DNA of 64,000 bases from an uncultured Gammaproteobacteria bacterium (GTDB taxonomy: Bacteria; Patescibacteriota; Microgenomatia; UBA10105; UBA927), in assembly GCA_964515005.1 (NCBI GenBank), contig CAZEVT010000002.1, positions 28,968-92,967 on the forward strand, read 5' to 3'. Numbering within the stretch: position 1 is the first letter of the stretch; every line of letters starts with the position of its first letter. Under the pieces are notes generated by a model. The model did no database searches. It was not told the origin of the DNA and worked only from the letters and a program-made list of their open reading frames with translations. A program made the translations under genes and the position numbers. Below are positions 45,791 to 55,527 of the stretch, in pieces.

Positions 45791-47521
45791 CTACCCCGCC
45801 CCGTGTTCGATTTTGAGCCGTGAGATTTTGCCTGCGATTTCTTCTTCATTGACTCCAAATGATGGAAGCAAGCGTTCGACGATTGAGATTGCCGCTTCAA
45901 ACTCCGGCTGAACGACCGCATCAACGCCTAAAGATTTAAGGTGCTTCTGATCTTCTTCATGATGCGTCCGGCAGATGATTTTAATCTTGCGGTTTAAGGT
46001 TTGGGCGTGTCCAATGACCATCTCCTGCGTATGCCGGTCCGGTATAGCAATAATCAGCGCCTTCGCATGGTCTACCTGCGCAAAATCCAAGACGTCCTTG
46101 TCCGCGGGGTCGCCGTAGATGACCGGTATCCCTTTTTCCTTCAGCGATGCCACGGCGGCACTATTGTAATCAACAACGACAAACGGGAGCCCAGACAACT
46201 CAAGCGCCCTTCCTATATACTTCCCCACCCTGCCGTAGCCGCAGAGAACCACGTGATCCCGGTACGGCAACTCTTCTTTCATATCCGCAAGTTCTTTTTT
46301 AGTGTGAAAAATCGTCGGCGTATACTTCCCAAGCCATTCGTGGAACGCGTAATACAGTCCGTGGCCCCGGGCCATAAGCGGAGTAGAGACTAAGATCGTG
46401 AGAAACGTAAGGGCGACAATAAAAATTGCATGCTCCCCGCCTATGGCGCCAAGGGCAAGACTTTGGGACGCGATGATAAATCCAAACTCGCTCATCTGGG
46501 TCAGGCCAACGGCGACCAAAAATGACGTTTTTCGGTGATAGCCTAAAAACCGCATGAGCCCCATGACGACAAACCATTTAAGCGCAAGAATGACGGCGGT
46601 CATGATCGCAAGCGTGCCTGCCATCTGCCACAAATACGCAACTGGAATTCCCATCCCGATCGATACAAAAAACACCACGGCAAACAGATCCCGAAGCGGC
46701 CGGATTTCAGCAAATATCGCATGATTTTGACTGGTCTCGGCAATAAGAAGGCCGGCGATGAACGCACCCAAGCCCGCGGAAAGTCCTAGAACATACGTGG
46801 TAATTGCGGAAAGAAACACCAAGGCAACGGTCGCCAAGACAAAGATTTCGCGGCTCCCCATGGAGGCGATTTTCCCCAACACCCGCGGCACCACGCGTTT
46901 GCCTATAAGGACAATAAGCCCCAAGGCAAGAGCCGCCTTCAGAACGCTGATGCCAAGCGTCGTCACGAGACCCGTAATACTCGCGTCACCCGAGGCGGAA
47001 CTGGATACCACGGACGGCAAAAGAATCATGATGGGGATGACCGCAATATCCTGAACAACGAGCCACCCGGTCATCACCTCGCCCGGCAAGGTATCCAGCT
47101 CTCCCCGTTCCGAAAGCACCTTGACGACAACCGCGGTTGAGGAAAGGGCGGCGGCAACGGCAATCACAAGGGCAGGCAAGAACCCAAACCCCAGATACAT
47201 GGCACCAAGAAGAAACAGGAATATGCAAATGAGTATCTGAAACGATGCCGCCCAGGTGACCGCGCCAAGAACACGTTTCAACCTGTGAAATGAAAACTCC
47301 ACCCCAAGGGTAAAAAGGAGAAGGGTGACGCCGGTATCGGCGATAATTTTCAAAAATACGTGATCCGTAATTCTCGGAAACAGATTGCCAAAAAGTACAC
47401 CTGCCGCGATATACCCGAGAAGAAGCGGTTGCTTGAGCAGTTTCGCTATCGCCCCGCCAAACATGGCGGCCCCAAAAACAAGAAGCAGCGTTGTGATGAG
47501 GGATAAGCTATGCGTGTCCAT
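45791..47521 (-). CDS. kefB: CPA2-family monovalent cation/H+ antiporter with a C-terminal TrkA-N (RCK) domain
   Basis: About 12 transmembrane segments, then VVLCGYGRVGKYIGRALE...VVVDYN, a Rossmann-type RCK domain. The C-terminal tail AGKISRLKIEHGAG is encoded by the repeat cassette. Confidence 0.75.
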   Translation of the reverse strand: MDTHSLSLITTLLLVFGAAMFGGAIAKLLKQPLLLGYIAAGVLFGNLFPRITDHVFLKIIADTGVTLLLFTLGVEFSFHRLKRVLGAVTWAASFQILICIFLFLLGAMYLGFGFLPALVIAVAAALSSTAVVVKVLSERGELDTLPGEVMTGWLVVQDIAVIPIMILLPSVVSSSASGDASITGLVTTLGISVLKAALALGLIVLIGKRVVPRVLGKIASMGSREIFVLATVALVFLSAITTYVLGLSAGLGAFIAGLLIAETSQNHAIFAEIRPLRDLFAVVFFVSIGMGIPVAYLWQMAGTLAIMTAVILALKWFVVMGLMRFLGYHRKTSFLVAVGLTQMSEFGFIIASQSLALGAIGGEHAIFIVALTFLTILVSTPLMARGHGLYYAFHEWLGKYTPTIFHTKKELADMKEELPYRDHVVLCGYGRVGKYIGRALELSGLPFVVVDYNSAAVASLKEKGIPVIYGDPADKDVLDFAQVDHAKALIIAIPDRHTQEMVIGHAQTLNRKIKIICRTHHEEDQKHLKSLGVDAVVQPEFEAAISIVERLLPSFGVNEEEIAGKISRLKIEHGAG

Positions 47522-48200
47522 GGATAATTCTATCCATATCATCTGGTATCGGGGCGTCGAATGCAAGTTCTTTTGCGCTCACCGGGTGGAGACATCCGAG
47601 CTTCCATGCGTGCAACATAACTCGAGGTGCCCATGTACGGTCGTCCCTGGCGGTTTTCCTACCCGCATACAAATAATCACCGAGGATCGGATGATTGATA
47701 TATTTAAGATGGACTCTAATTTGATGAGTACGGCCAGTCTCTGGATACAGTTCTACTACGCTAAATTCTTTCAAGTGTTGTAGTACCTTATATTTCGTTA
47801 TTGCTTCTTTTCCCCCTGGAACAATTCCAAATCGCTCTCTATTCCATGGTAAACGACCAACCGGCGCGCGTATTTCGCCTTCGTCGGGCACGAGCTTCCC
47901 GTGCACGATTGCAAGGTACGTTTTTTTAATGAGGCGCTCCTTAAACTGCCGCTGAAGTTCAACAAATGCATCGGGTGTTTTGGCAATAAGAAGTATGCCC
48001 GAGGTTTCCTTATCTATCCGATGTATGATGCCTCCTCTATCCTCAATAAATATGTGATGCGTCTTTTCGACCCAATCTTGGAGCGTTTCCACCTTCACCG
48101 AATTCGCACGATTGACAACAAGTCCCGACGGCTTATTGACCACAAGCATGACCTCATCTTCAAAAAGTACGGGAATGTTCATTTGCTGTGCGTCAGACAT
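47508..48200 (-). CDS. rluA: RluA-family 23S rRNA/tRNA pseudouridine synthase
   Basis: HRIDKETSGILLIAKT catalytic-Asp motif and LAIVHG. Confidence 0.8.
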   Translation of the reverse strand: MSDAQQMNIPVLFEDEVMLVVNKPSGLVVNRANSVKVETLQDWVEKTHHIFIEDRGGIIHRIDKETSGILLIAKTPDAFVELQRQFKERLIKKTYLAIVHGKLVPDEGEIRAPVGRLPWNRERFGIVPGGKEAITKYKVLQHLKEFSVVELYPETGRTHQIRVHLKYINHPILGDYLYAGRKTARDDRTWAPRVMLHAWKLGCLHPVSAKELAFDAPIPDDMDRIIHGHA

Positions 48201-48529
48201 ACCGTTGCCGCGGGAAGTATTGCAAGCCGATCCGTATCAATCATGTCGCCACAAACCGAACAATATCCGTAGGTGCCATCGCCAATACGCATGAGTGCCC
48301 CGTCAATATCCGCACGTTTCGCTTTCAGCTCGTCCAAAATTGCGGCAAACCGGTCGTGGCTGGATTCCTCGCTCGCTTCTGAGTCGGAGGCTGCATTGTT
48401 ATGGGCGCGCTCGGGATCCGAAAAAGGATCCTGAAGAGAAACTTCTGCCATGCGGCTGGCGAGTTGTTTTTTCTCTTCTTCAAGATGGAGTCGAATCTGT
48501 TCAAGGACTTCGCTTGGAAAACTTACCAT
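48179..48529 (-). CDS. DksA/TraR-family C4 zinc-finger protein
   Basis: C-terminus CSVCGDMIDTDRLAILPAATVCLTHSK. Acidic coiled-coil N-terminus. Confidence 0.55.
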   Translation of the reverse strand: MVSFPSEVLEQIRLHLEEEKKQLASRMAEVSLQDPFSDPERAHNNAASDSEASEESSHDRFAAILDELKAKRADIDGALMRIGDGTYGYCSVCGDMIDTDRLAILPAATVCLTHSK

Positions 48530-49316
48530 GGATGCCTCCTAATAATTTGTTGACCATCGGCCGGACCCATTCCCGGCCTCCCCCGCGAACATAAAACGCG
48601 CCTATCGTTTCTGCAAATATTGCGATCAATATCCACTGATTGGCGCGAAGTACTCCCCAGTATACACGAGAGTCCTTCAAAAATTCAAGGATAAACATGA
48701 AGACGGCAAAAAGAGAAAAAAACCAAAGCCCCAGAAGTCCATACGGCCACTTGTTTTTCCGGCCGCGACGGGTAAGAAAAACAAGGAGGATGAGAATAAT
48801 AACGATCGCGATGGCCTCATATAACTGTACCGGGTGACGCGTTCCCACGTGCCCGACGTACCGGACCGCCCACGGAAGATTAGAAAGAGCCCCCACGTAT
48901 GACCCGTCCAAAAATGCCCCAAGGACCCCGACAAAAAAAGACGCGCCAAATGCGTACCCGACCGCATCCAACACGTACCCCAGGCGAACCTTATACTGTC
49001 GCGAAAGATAGATAAGGGTCATGAGGCCACCCAAGAGAGCCCCGTAGAGGGACAATCCCGGGGCGACCCACATAGCCACAATCTTTAGATAACTCTCGGC
49101 AAACGTATTCCAGTCAAACAACACGAACCCTGCACGCGAAAAGACAAATGCGGCAATGGTCGCGTAAAACGTGAGGTCAAAAATGCGGTCTTCCGGGACG
49201 CCTTCGTTTCGGAGTCCCCGCCAAAACACAAATGAAAATATAAGCCACGCCAAAAGAAGCACAATGCTTATGCTATAGACATGCATCCCACCGATCGTAA
49301 AAAGTACAGGAAACAT
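48501..49316 (-). CDS. lgt: Prolipoprotein diacylglyceryl transferase
   Basis: Lgt signature HPVQLYE and a polytopic membrane topology, 271 aa. Confidence 0.8.
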   Translation of the reverse strand: MFPVLFTIGGMHVYSISIVLLLAWLIFSFVFWRGLRNEGVPEDRIFDLTFYATIAAFVFSRAGFVLFDWNTFAESYLKIVAMWVAPGLSLYGALLGGLMTLIYLSRQYKVRLGYVLDAVGYAFGASFFVGVLGAFLDGSYVGALSNLPWAVRYVGHVGTRHPVQLYEAIAIVIILILLVFLTRRGRKNKWPYGLLGLWFFSLFAVFMFILEFLKDSRVYWGVLRANQWILIAIFAETIGAFYVRGGGREWVRPMVNKLLGGIHGKFSKRSP

Positions 49317-49400
49317 ATTATCGATTATACACCCATCTTACTCAGATTTGCAGCCCGAAGGGCGAAAAAACTGATTAGATGGGTGGATACCCGGACTTAC

Positions 49401-50696
49401 CTACTTATAAAGGGTATACTTCATTCGCCAGAGTCCGTACGCAGTAATCAAAAGTCCCAATGCAAAGATAACTTTGCCGACTCCGACCGCATCGGCAAGG
49501 ATCCCGCCTACAACCACGGGGAGTACGCCGACGCCGCCGACGGCGGCCGTCAGCATACCGTACACTCTCCCCCGCATGGATCCTTTTGCTTCGTCCTGAA
49601 GGACGCTATTGGCCGGCACATCCAAGAAACTATTGGCAACACCCAAAAGAAAAAAGAGGATAAACACGAGTGGCAGCCGCACGCTGTCGCCAAACAGCCA
49701 GGAAACCTGCGGGACGCGGTGCAGGCGCACAATCAGCGATATACAAATGAGGATGGTTCCCGCGCCCAAAACACCGGTCCGAATCAACCTCTCTTTGGGT
49801 ATCCGGAACCCGACTGCCCCCACCCAGACCGCCCCGGCAATCACCCCCAACACCGTAGGGCCGACTATAAGAAGCGACGCATCGCGGAAGTCCACCTGAA
49901 GCACCCGGTCGGCAAACCCCGGCCCCAGGGTCCCCAGCATGACGAGAATTATCTGGGTGCCGGTAAGAAGGAGGAGACTATCGGAAAGCACCCGGGACTT
50001 CCGTACATAGTTAATCCCTTTGACGAGTTCTCCCCAAACCCTTCGGGTAATATCGGATACGGAATGGCGAAATATCGCGTGGAATGCCCAGGTACCGGCC
50101 GACTGCGGCGGGAGCTGAGACTCGTTCCATGCGGCAAGGGCAAAGACGAAGCTGATGAGGACAAAAATCCCGTGTGCCCCAAATACGCGCAGAAGCGGTC
50201 CGGCAAGCACCGACCCCAGAGCAAGGCTCGAGTAAAAGGTGAATGAAAACAGACTATTTGCCGAGACAATTCGATCTTCAGGCGCAAGCTTAGGTATCAA
50301 GGGAGCCTCAGCCGGCACAAATAACTGGGTAATGATGGCATTTAGGAATGTGACGGCATATATCAAAAAAACATTTCCCGATAGAAAAAGAAGAACAAGC
50401 GTGAGGACCGCCCGCGCAATGTCGCAGTAAATGAGCACCCGCCGTTTGTCAAGATGATCAACGACCGCCCCAGCTACCATGCCAAAGACAACTGCAGGCA
50501 GACCATAAGAGAGAAAGAGCGCGGACACGGCGGTGTTGCTACCTGTTGCTTGATACACGTGGAGAGCAAGGACGAAAAGAAGCGTATTGCCGGCAAGCTG
50601 TGAACAAATCTGTCCGAACCAAAGGGAGCGAAAAGATGGGACGGCAAGTACTTTGGCGAATGATGATTGTTCCCCGTTATTTGCACCGTTTGTCAT
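49401..50696 (-). CDS. MFS transporter
   Basis: Twelve transmembrane segments with 6+6 MFS organisation. Confidence 0.6.
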   Translation of the reverse strand: MTNGANNGEQSSFAKVLAVPSFRSLWFGQICSQLAGNTLLFVLALHVYQATGSNTAVSALFLSYGLPAVVFGMVAGAVVDHLDKRRVLIYCDIARAVLTLVLLFLSGNVFLIYAVTFLNAIITQLFVPAEAPLIPKLAPEDRIVSANSLFSFTFYSSLALGSVLAGPLLRVFGAHGIFVLISFVFALAAWNESQLPPQSAGTWAFHAIFRHSVSDITRRVWGELVKGINYVRKSRVLSDSLLLLTGTQIILVMLGTLGPGFADRVLQVDFRDASLLIVGPTVLGVIAGAVWVGAVGFRIPKERLIRTGVLGAGTILICISLIVRLHRVPQVSWLFGDSVRLPLVFILFFLLGVANSFLDVPANSVLQDEAKGSMRGRVYGMLTAAVGGVGVLPVVVGGILADAVGVGKVIFALGLLITAYGLWRMKYTLYK

Positions 50697-50716
50697 AGAT
50701 TTGCTACAATAGATAC

Positions 50717-51190
50717 ATGACTGCTACCGCGCATGCATTGATTGCCGGCGCCATCGCCACAAGCATCCCCAATCCGTATATTTCGGTACCTCTTGCGATA
50801 GGCTCTCATTTTCTCATAGACAGTGTCCCCCACTGGGATTTCGGCACCAACTGGCGCGGCCGCACCAAACAAAGAACCGGGCTTTTCGCAATCTTGGAAA
50901 CCGCCCTTGGTATAACGCTAGCATATTTTGTATTTGCGGGAAAGGTGGAGACCCCGGTACTCATGCTGACGATCATCGCCTCGGAACTTCCGGATTGGCT
51001 GGAAGCCCCGTGGTATATATTTTTTTCCGGGCATACCAAACACGCGCCCGACAGCCGCGCCGGTTTTTGGGAAAAGCTCACCTACGGCATATACCGCACG
51101 GAAAATGTATTTCACGCCAAAGCGCACTTTCCACTCGGGGTCCTGACGCAAATTCTGACGGTAGCATTTTTCCTACTGCTCTTGCGTTAA
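50717..51190 (+). CDS. Membrane-bound metal-dependent hydrolase-like protein (DUF457/YdjM-like)
   Basis: HFLIDSVPHW His/Asp motif within transmembrane segments. Confidence 0.4.
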   Translation: MTATAHALIAGAIATSIPNPYISVPLAIGSHFLIDSVPHWDFGTNWRGRTKQRTGLFAILETALGITLAYFVFAGKVETPVLMLTIIASELPDWLEAPWYIFFSGHTKHAPDSRAGFWEKLTYGIYRTENVFHAKAHFPLGVLTQILTVAFFLLLLR

Positions 51191-52137
51191 CGGCGGATGC
51201 GGATAAGTCCGGAACACGGGGTAATCTTTACACCTTTCTTCTCAAATTCATCCAGAAGTAGATTCATACCCAAACTATCCGAGCTCATATGCCCCGCAAC
51301 AACAAGATTTATGTGGTGCTTGAGGCATTCTTTACGATGCTCTTCTCCCGCGTGCATGCCAACAATGGTCCCAACTCCAGCATTGGCAAGTTTTTCATAC
51401 ACAAGATGAGAAGGCTCTGTCCCGCCGGTCATATCAACAACAATTTTCCCGATACGGTTTCCCTGGTTTCCCGCAAAAATCATAGGTCCAGCTTTGACCT
51501 TCGTCGCTTCTTTATACTCTGGAATGTCCCGAAGAATATCCACTACATCCCCTACTGTCTCAGGCGATTTTTTTTCGATCAATCGATCTAAAAAGGTTGA
51601 TACAAGATTGTCGGTAATTGTATGCGTACACATAAGGGCCAACCCTAAAAGTCGTGCGGCATCGACAGGCTGATTATGATTGCGAGGAGCAAATCTCCTT
51701 TGAATTTCACTTAAACGGTCATTAGTGAGGGCTTCGGCAATATTAATTGGTACGCCATATTTTGCCATCCAGTCTGCCTGAACTCCCATCACCTCATGCA
51801 TAGCAGCAAGAGGCGCGCCAATGGGATGATGCCCAACAAGAAGATCAATGCTTTTGCCTTTCTCATTCAAGCGATCCGCAAGCAGTACCTCGGCGGCTGT
51901 AATATCTATGCCAGCCAGAATTGAATTAACTTCGAGATTGGGATTCCCAATGAGAACGCGAGAATCTGTGTAGGGATTCTTGAAATCCTCCATGTCAAAC
52001 TCTTCTTTTTTTGATTTAGGAAGATCTTCGTATTCAGCTTTCCGACGGGCAAGAAATTTTCTCACTCCTTCTACCCCGCGTGGATCGGCTGCGATTCCCA
52101 TTTTGACTGCCAGCGTATATATATCTCCAAGTTTCAT
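51187..52137 (-). CDS. Nif3-family (YqfO/YbgI-like) dinuclear metal-centre protein
   Basis: DLLVGHHP and C-terminal VVAGHMSSDSLG motifs. Start taken at ATG 52137; the track ORF begins with TTG at 52164 inside the upstream repeat. Confidence 0.6.
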   Translation of the reverse strand: MKLGDIYTLAVKMGIAADPRGVEGVRKFLARRKAEYEDLPKSKKEEFDMEDFKNPYTDSRVLIGNPNLEVNSILAGIDITAAEVLLADRLNEKGKSIDLLVGHHPIGAPLAAMHEVMGVQADWMAKYGVPINIAEALTNDRLSEIQRRFAPRNHNQPVDAARLLGLALMCTHTITDNLVSTFLDRLIEKKSPETVGDVVDILRDIPEYKEATKVKAGPMIFAGNQGNRIGKIVVDMTGGTEPSHLVYEKLANAGVGTIVGMHAGEEHRKECLKHHINLVVAGHMSSDSLGMNLLLDEFEKKGVKITPCSGLIRIRR

Positions 52138-52150
52138 ATGGGTTGTATTT

Positions 52151-52184
52151 CTCCGAAGGAGCAATACGTCTTCGTATTATATCA
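52151..52184. repeat. 34-nt module, copy A (minus-strand sense: TGATATAAT plus a small hairpin), upstream of the Nif3-family gene
   Basis: ctccgaaggagcaatacgtcttcgtattatatca; AATACG and CGTATT form a dyad. Copies B and C flank the other side of the tRNA. Confidence 0.6.
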
Positions 52185-52189
52185 AACTC

Positions 52190-52278
52190 TGGTGCCTAGG
52201 GAGAGACTCGAACTCTCATGGAGTGTTAGCCCCACAGGTTTTTGAGACCTGCGCGTCTACCGGTTCCGCCACCCAGGC
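52190..52278 (-). tRNA. tRNA-Leu (anticodon CAA), type II with a long variable arm and encoded CCA
   Basis: GCCTGGGTGGCGGAACCGGTAGACGCGCAGGTCTCAAAAACCTGTGGGGCTAACACTCCATGAGAGTTCGAGTCTCTCCCTAGGCACCA. Has a 7-bp acceptor stem (one G-U), T-loop TTCGAGT, and anticodon loop CUCAAAA. Confidence 0.85.
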
Positions 52279-52284
52279 GCGATT

Positions 52285-52348
52285 ACTGCGAAGCAGCAAT
52301 ACGTCTTCGTAATTACTCCGAAGGAGCAATGCTTCTTAGCATTATATC
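52285..52348. repeat. 34-nt module, copies B and C in tandem, between the dnaB stop and the tRNA
   Basis: ctgcgaagcagcaatacgtcttcgtaatta followed by ctccgaaggagcaatgcttcttagcattatatca. Copy C overlaps the dnaB stop codon. Confidence 0.6.
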
Positions 52349-53690
52349 ATTTAGCCGCGGCCTCTTCGCGTTTCCGCTCTACGCCGTAAAAACGGATCCT
52401 ATCGCCCCGGAAGATAAGGTCGACCTCCCCCAAGGGTCCGTTTCTGTGTTTGGCCACGCGGAGCTTCGTCGGGATCTGAGTCCCCCACTGCGTCTGGTCG
52501 CCTTGTTCCCGGTACAAAAACATAACGACATCGGCGTCCTGCTCGATCGATCCTGACTCGCGAAGATCAGATAGCTCCGGAACCCGGGTGCCGCGCGATT
52601 CAACGGCACGCGACAGCTGTGAACAGGCAAGTACCGGAAGCCGGAGTTCGCGCGCGAGATTCTTGAGGCTCTGGGAAATGACGGACACCTCCTGGACGCG
52701 GTTGTCGAATTTCCGACCCGAATCGGCAAGTTGAAGGTAGTCGACGATGATAAGTTTCACGTCATGCTCCACCTGAAGGCGGCGTGCCTTCGTGCGCATT
52801 TCCAGTATGTTTAACCCAGGTGTGTCATCAATGTATAGGGGGGCCTCCGCAAGCTCGCCCATCGCCTCGGAAAGCTTAGTAAAATCATCGTCCGTCAGCT
52901 TGCCGGTCTTGAGCTTCCACGCGTCGATATCCGCCTGGGAAACGAGGAGCCTATCCACGACCTCTTCTTTACTCATTTCCAAAGAAAATATGCCAACCGG
53001 AATTTTTTCCTTCACCGCCACATACTGGGCGATATTGAGAATCATCGCGGTTTTCCCGGTTCCCGGACGGGCTGCAAGAATAAGAAGGTTAGCGTCCTGC
53101 ATGCCTGCGAGCCGGAAGTCTATATCGGGAAACCCCGTTGGCACACCCCGGAGTCCCCCGGCTCTCTTATGAAGCTCGTCTAAACGGTCAAACGAGGAGG
53201 CAAGCGCATCTTTAATCGGGATAAAGTCGCGCTTGGTTGCCGCCTGGGAGATGGCAAATATTTCCTGTTCTGCCTGGTCCAGTATTTCCTTGGCATCCCC
53301 TTCTTCCTTAAACGCCAGTTCGGTAACCCGCGCCCCAAGTTCAACCAAGCGGCGCTTGGTATAATTTTCCTGGATGATACGGGCATACTTGGCCGCGTGG
53401 GCTGAGGTCGGCACCACATTCAAAAGATCGGAAACTGCAGACGCTCCGCCTGCCACTTTCAGTGACCCGTCTTTTTTCAGCTGGGCGGTCACCGACACCA
53501 CGTCTAAGGGCTCATGCGCCTCGTAAAGCGCTATCATTGCCGTAAATATGGCGGCGTGGGCGTCGCGGTAAAAGTGGGCGGGACGCAAAAATTCCGCAAC
53601 CTCAATCATCGCGTCTTTGTCGATTAAAATCGCACCCAGTACCGATTGTTCGGCCACCGAGTCATGCGGGGGGACCTTGGGATCGGCCAT
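52347..53690 (-). CDS. dnaB: Replicative DNA helicase DnaB
   Basis: N-terminal domain (EQSVLGAILID), Walker A ARPGTGKTA and the RecA-like core. Start at the internal Met MADPKVPP (53690) is assumed; the track ORF runs to 53747. Confidence 0.9.
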   Translation of the reverse strand: MADPKVPPHDSVAEQSVLGAILIDKDAMIEVAEFLRPAHFYRDAHAAIFTAMIALYEAHEPLDVVSVTAQLKKDGSLKVAGGASAVSDLLNVVPTSAHAAKYARIIQENYTKRRLVELGARVTELAFKEEGDAKEILDQAEQEIFAISQAATKRDFIPIKDALASSFDRLDELHKRAGGLRGVPTGFPDIDFRLAGMQDANLLILAARPGTGKTAMILNIAQYVAVKEKIPVGIFSLEMSKEEVVDRLLVSQADIDAWKLKTGKLTDDDFTKLSEAMGELAEAPLYIDDTPGLNILEMRTKARRLQVEHDVKLIIVDYLQLADSGRKFDNRVQEVSVISQSLKNLARELRLPVLACSQLSRAVESRGTRVPELSDLRESGSIEQDADVVMFLYREQGDQTQWGTQIPTKLRVAKHRNGPLGEVDLIFRGDRIRFYGVERKREEAAAK

Positions 53691-53691
53691 A

Positions 53692-54249
53692 TTATTCAAG
53701 GACGACAACCTGCATTTGTTCGGGTAGTTTGCCGGCGGACGCGACAAGTTTTGCCTGCGGCGCCGTGTCTTCTTTTCCTATTTCCTTCAAAAATGCTGCT
53801 AGCTCGTCTTTTTCATAGCGCATAGGTATGACGATTGACGGTTCTATCTCATGGATCACGGGTATGGCAGTTGCGACGGGAACTAAAAGAATATCCACAC
53901 CATCCAACGCTTCCACCTCGGTAGTCGACAATGGATCCGTAAGATCTCCAAGATGCACAATAGATATGCCGTCTACTTCAATTCGATACACCGTGTTGAT
54001 ACCGATGGAACGACCGATAATGCCCACTCCTTTTATTTCATATTCCCCGGGACCACGCACAATATACGGATCGCCTTCGATCTGCCCTTCTGCCGAATGA
54101 TCGCCGTGCCCATGGGAGATCGTGACGATATCTGCCGCCACGTGTTTGGGAAATTTGAGGCCAGAATCCCCCCCATAGGGATCCGTGACAATTGTTGCGG
54201 TTTTTCCTTTGATGCGAAACGATGAATGACCCAAGTAGGTGATGTCCAT
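53692..54249 (-). CDS. MBL-fold metallo-hydrolase
   Basis: HGHGDHS metal-binding motif, 185 aa. Confidence 0.6.
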   Translation of the reverse strand: MDITYLGHSSFRIKGKTATIVTDPYGGDSGLKFPKHVAADIVTISHGHGDHSAEGQIEGDPYIVRGPGEYEIKGVGIIGRSIGINTVYRIEVDGISIVHLGDLTDPLSTTEVEALDGVDILLVPVATAIPVIHEIEPSIVIPMRYEKDELAAFLKEIGKEDTAPQAKLVASAGKLPEQMQVVVLE

Positions 54250-54303
54250 AGCGGCACTTGCAATTTATAACAGATTTGGCTATCCTTAGCAACACCTTTC
54301 TTT

Positions 54304-54741
54304 ATGAACAAAGACGCACTACTGGCGACATTAATCGGTTTTGGCATAGGACTGCTCATCACGGGACTCCTCCTTTTGGGACCAAACCTCCTGAAGTCTT
54401 TCCCCAAAATTCGGCTTCCAAATTTTTCATTCGCTCAAAAAAAGACAGACGTTACGCCGACACCGACGCCTACCAGTCTCACGCCAACGATCGATAGTCC
54501 CCTGGCTGATGCCATAGAAGAAAATGATGAAGTGTTGGTATCGGGATCAACCAGCCCGGGGGCAATCGTGGTGATTGCCGGATCCATAGATGAAATCGTT
54601 GTTGTTGCAAGTGGTGATGGTAAATTCGCCGGGAAAGTGGCGCTTGCGGAGGGAAAAAATGATTTGACGATTACCGCCTACGCAGACACCGAGCAGGCGG
54701 CATCCGCCGTCACCGTATTTTATACACCAGAAAAACTATGA
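54304..54741 (+). CDS. Hypothetical membrane-anchored secreted protein
   Basis: Transmembrane anchor, a TPTPTPT linker and a beta-rich domain. Confidence 0.4.
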   Translation: MNKDALLATLIGFGIGLLITGLLLLGPNLLKSFPKIRLPNFSFAQKKTDVTPTPTPTSLTPTIDSPLADAIEENDEVLVSGSTSPGAIVVIAGSIDEIVVVASGDGKFAGKVALAEGKNDLTITAYADTEQAASAVTVFYTPEKL

Positions 54742-55508
54742 AAAAACTACTCCTTATTCTACTAGCCTTATTCCTAACCACTGGCGTTGCTGCCCAAACT
54801 GCAAGCCCATCGGCGACTCCCTCGGAATCCAAACAAAAACTGGATGATCTGAAGGACCGGCTCGCGACCAAAGTCGCGCAGCTTCGCCAAACCCAGAAAC
54901 GGGCAATCTTTGGTACGGTGAAGGCAACCTCTGTTTCCACCATCACCGTGGAAACCAAAACGAGCGATGTCAAAATAGAACTCACGGACGAGATCAAAGT
55001 CGGACAGATCCTTAAAGGAAAGCGCACCGAGCTGACGACCGAAGATCTTGCCAAGGGTGACACCGTCGTTGTTTTTGGTGACTACGACGAGAATCTGGAT
55101 CTTCTGAAGGCGCAGGTCATCTTTATTCAAGCTACCCTCCCCATGCGTATATCCGGCACCATAACGAAGACATCAAAAGATGACTTTACCCTGACGGTCG
55201 CCACACCGGAAGGCCCCACCTATACCGTGGATTTCGAAACTTCGACCAAAACATCTCTCTGGACGCAAGAAAAGGGCTCTGCCAAAGGCAGTTTCTCCAA
55301 ACTCCTCGTCGGGGACACGGTCCATATATTGGGAAATCCCGTCGCCAAAAAAGAAAACCGCGTGAGTGCGCTGCGGATTCTGGATATCGGAAACCTTACG
55401 GGCGCTCCCACGACCCCTACCACGACAGAAGCGTCGCCATCGGCGACTGCCAAAACAACGCCAAAACCAACTGCAACCCCGAAGGCTACGCCTACTCCCA
55501 CCCCATAG
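54738..55508 (+). CDS. Secreted hypothetical protein with repeated beta modules and a Pro/Thr-rich tail
   Basis: Signal peptide MKKLLLILLALFLTTGVAA. Internal repeats (GTVKATSVSTITVETKT..., ISGTITKTSKDDFTLTVATPEG...) that are DUF5666-like. Ends in a ...TPKPTATPKATPTPTP tail. Confidence 0.45.
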   Translation: MKKLLLILLALFLTTGVAAQTASPSATPSESKQKLDDLKDRLATKVAQLRQTQKRAIFGTVKATSVSTITVETKTSDVKIELTDEIKVGQILKGKRTELTTEDLAKGDTVVVFGDYDENLDLLKAQVIFIQATLPMRISGTITKTSKDDFTLTVATPEGPTYTVDFETSTKTSLWTQEKGSAKGSFSKLLVGDTVHILGNPVAKKENRVSALRILDIGNLTGAPTTPTTTEASPSATAKTTPKPTATPKATPTPTP

Positions 55509-55527
55509 GACGTGTTACCATGGAACT

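Noticed and set aside
49281-50246. 321-aa plus-strand ORF rich in Arg/Pro/Gly
   Set aside because: It is antisense to the MFS transporter and has low complexity.
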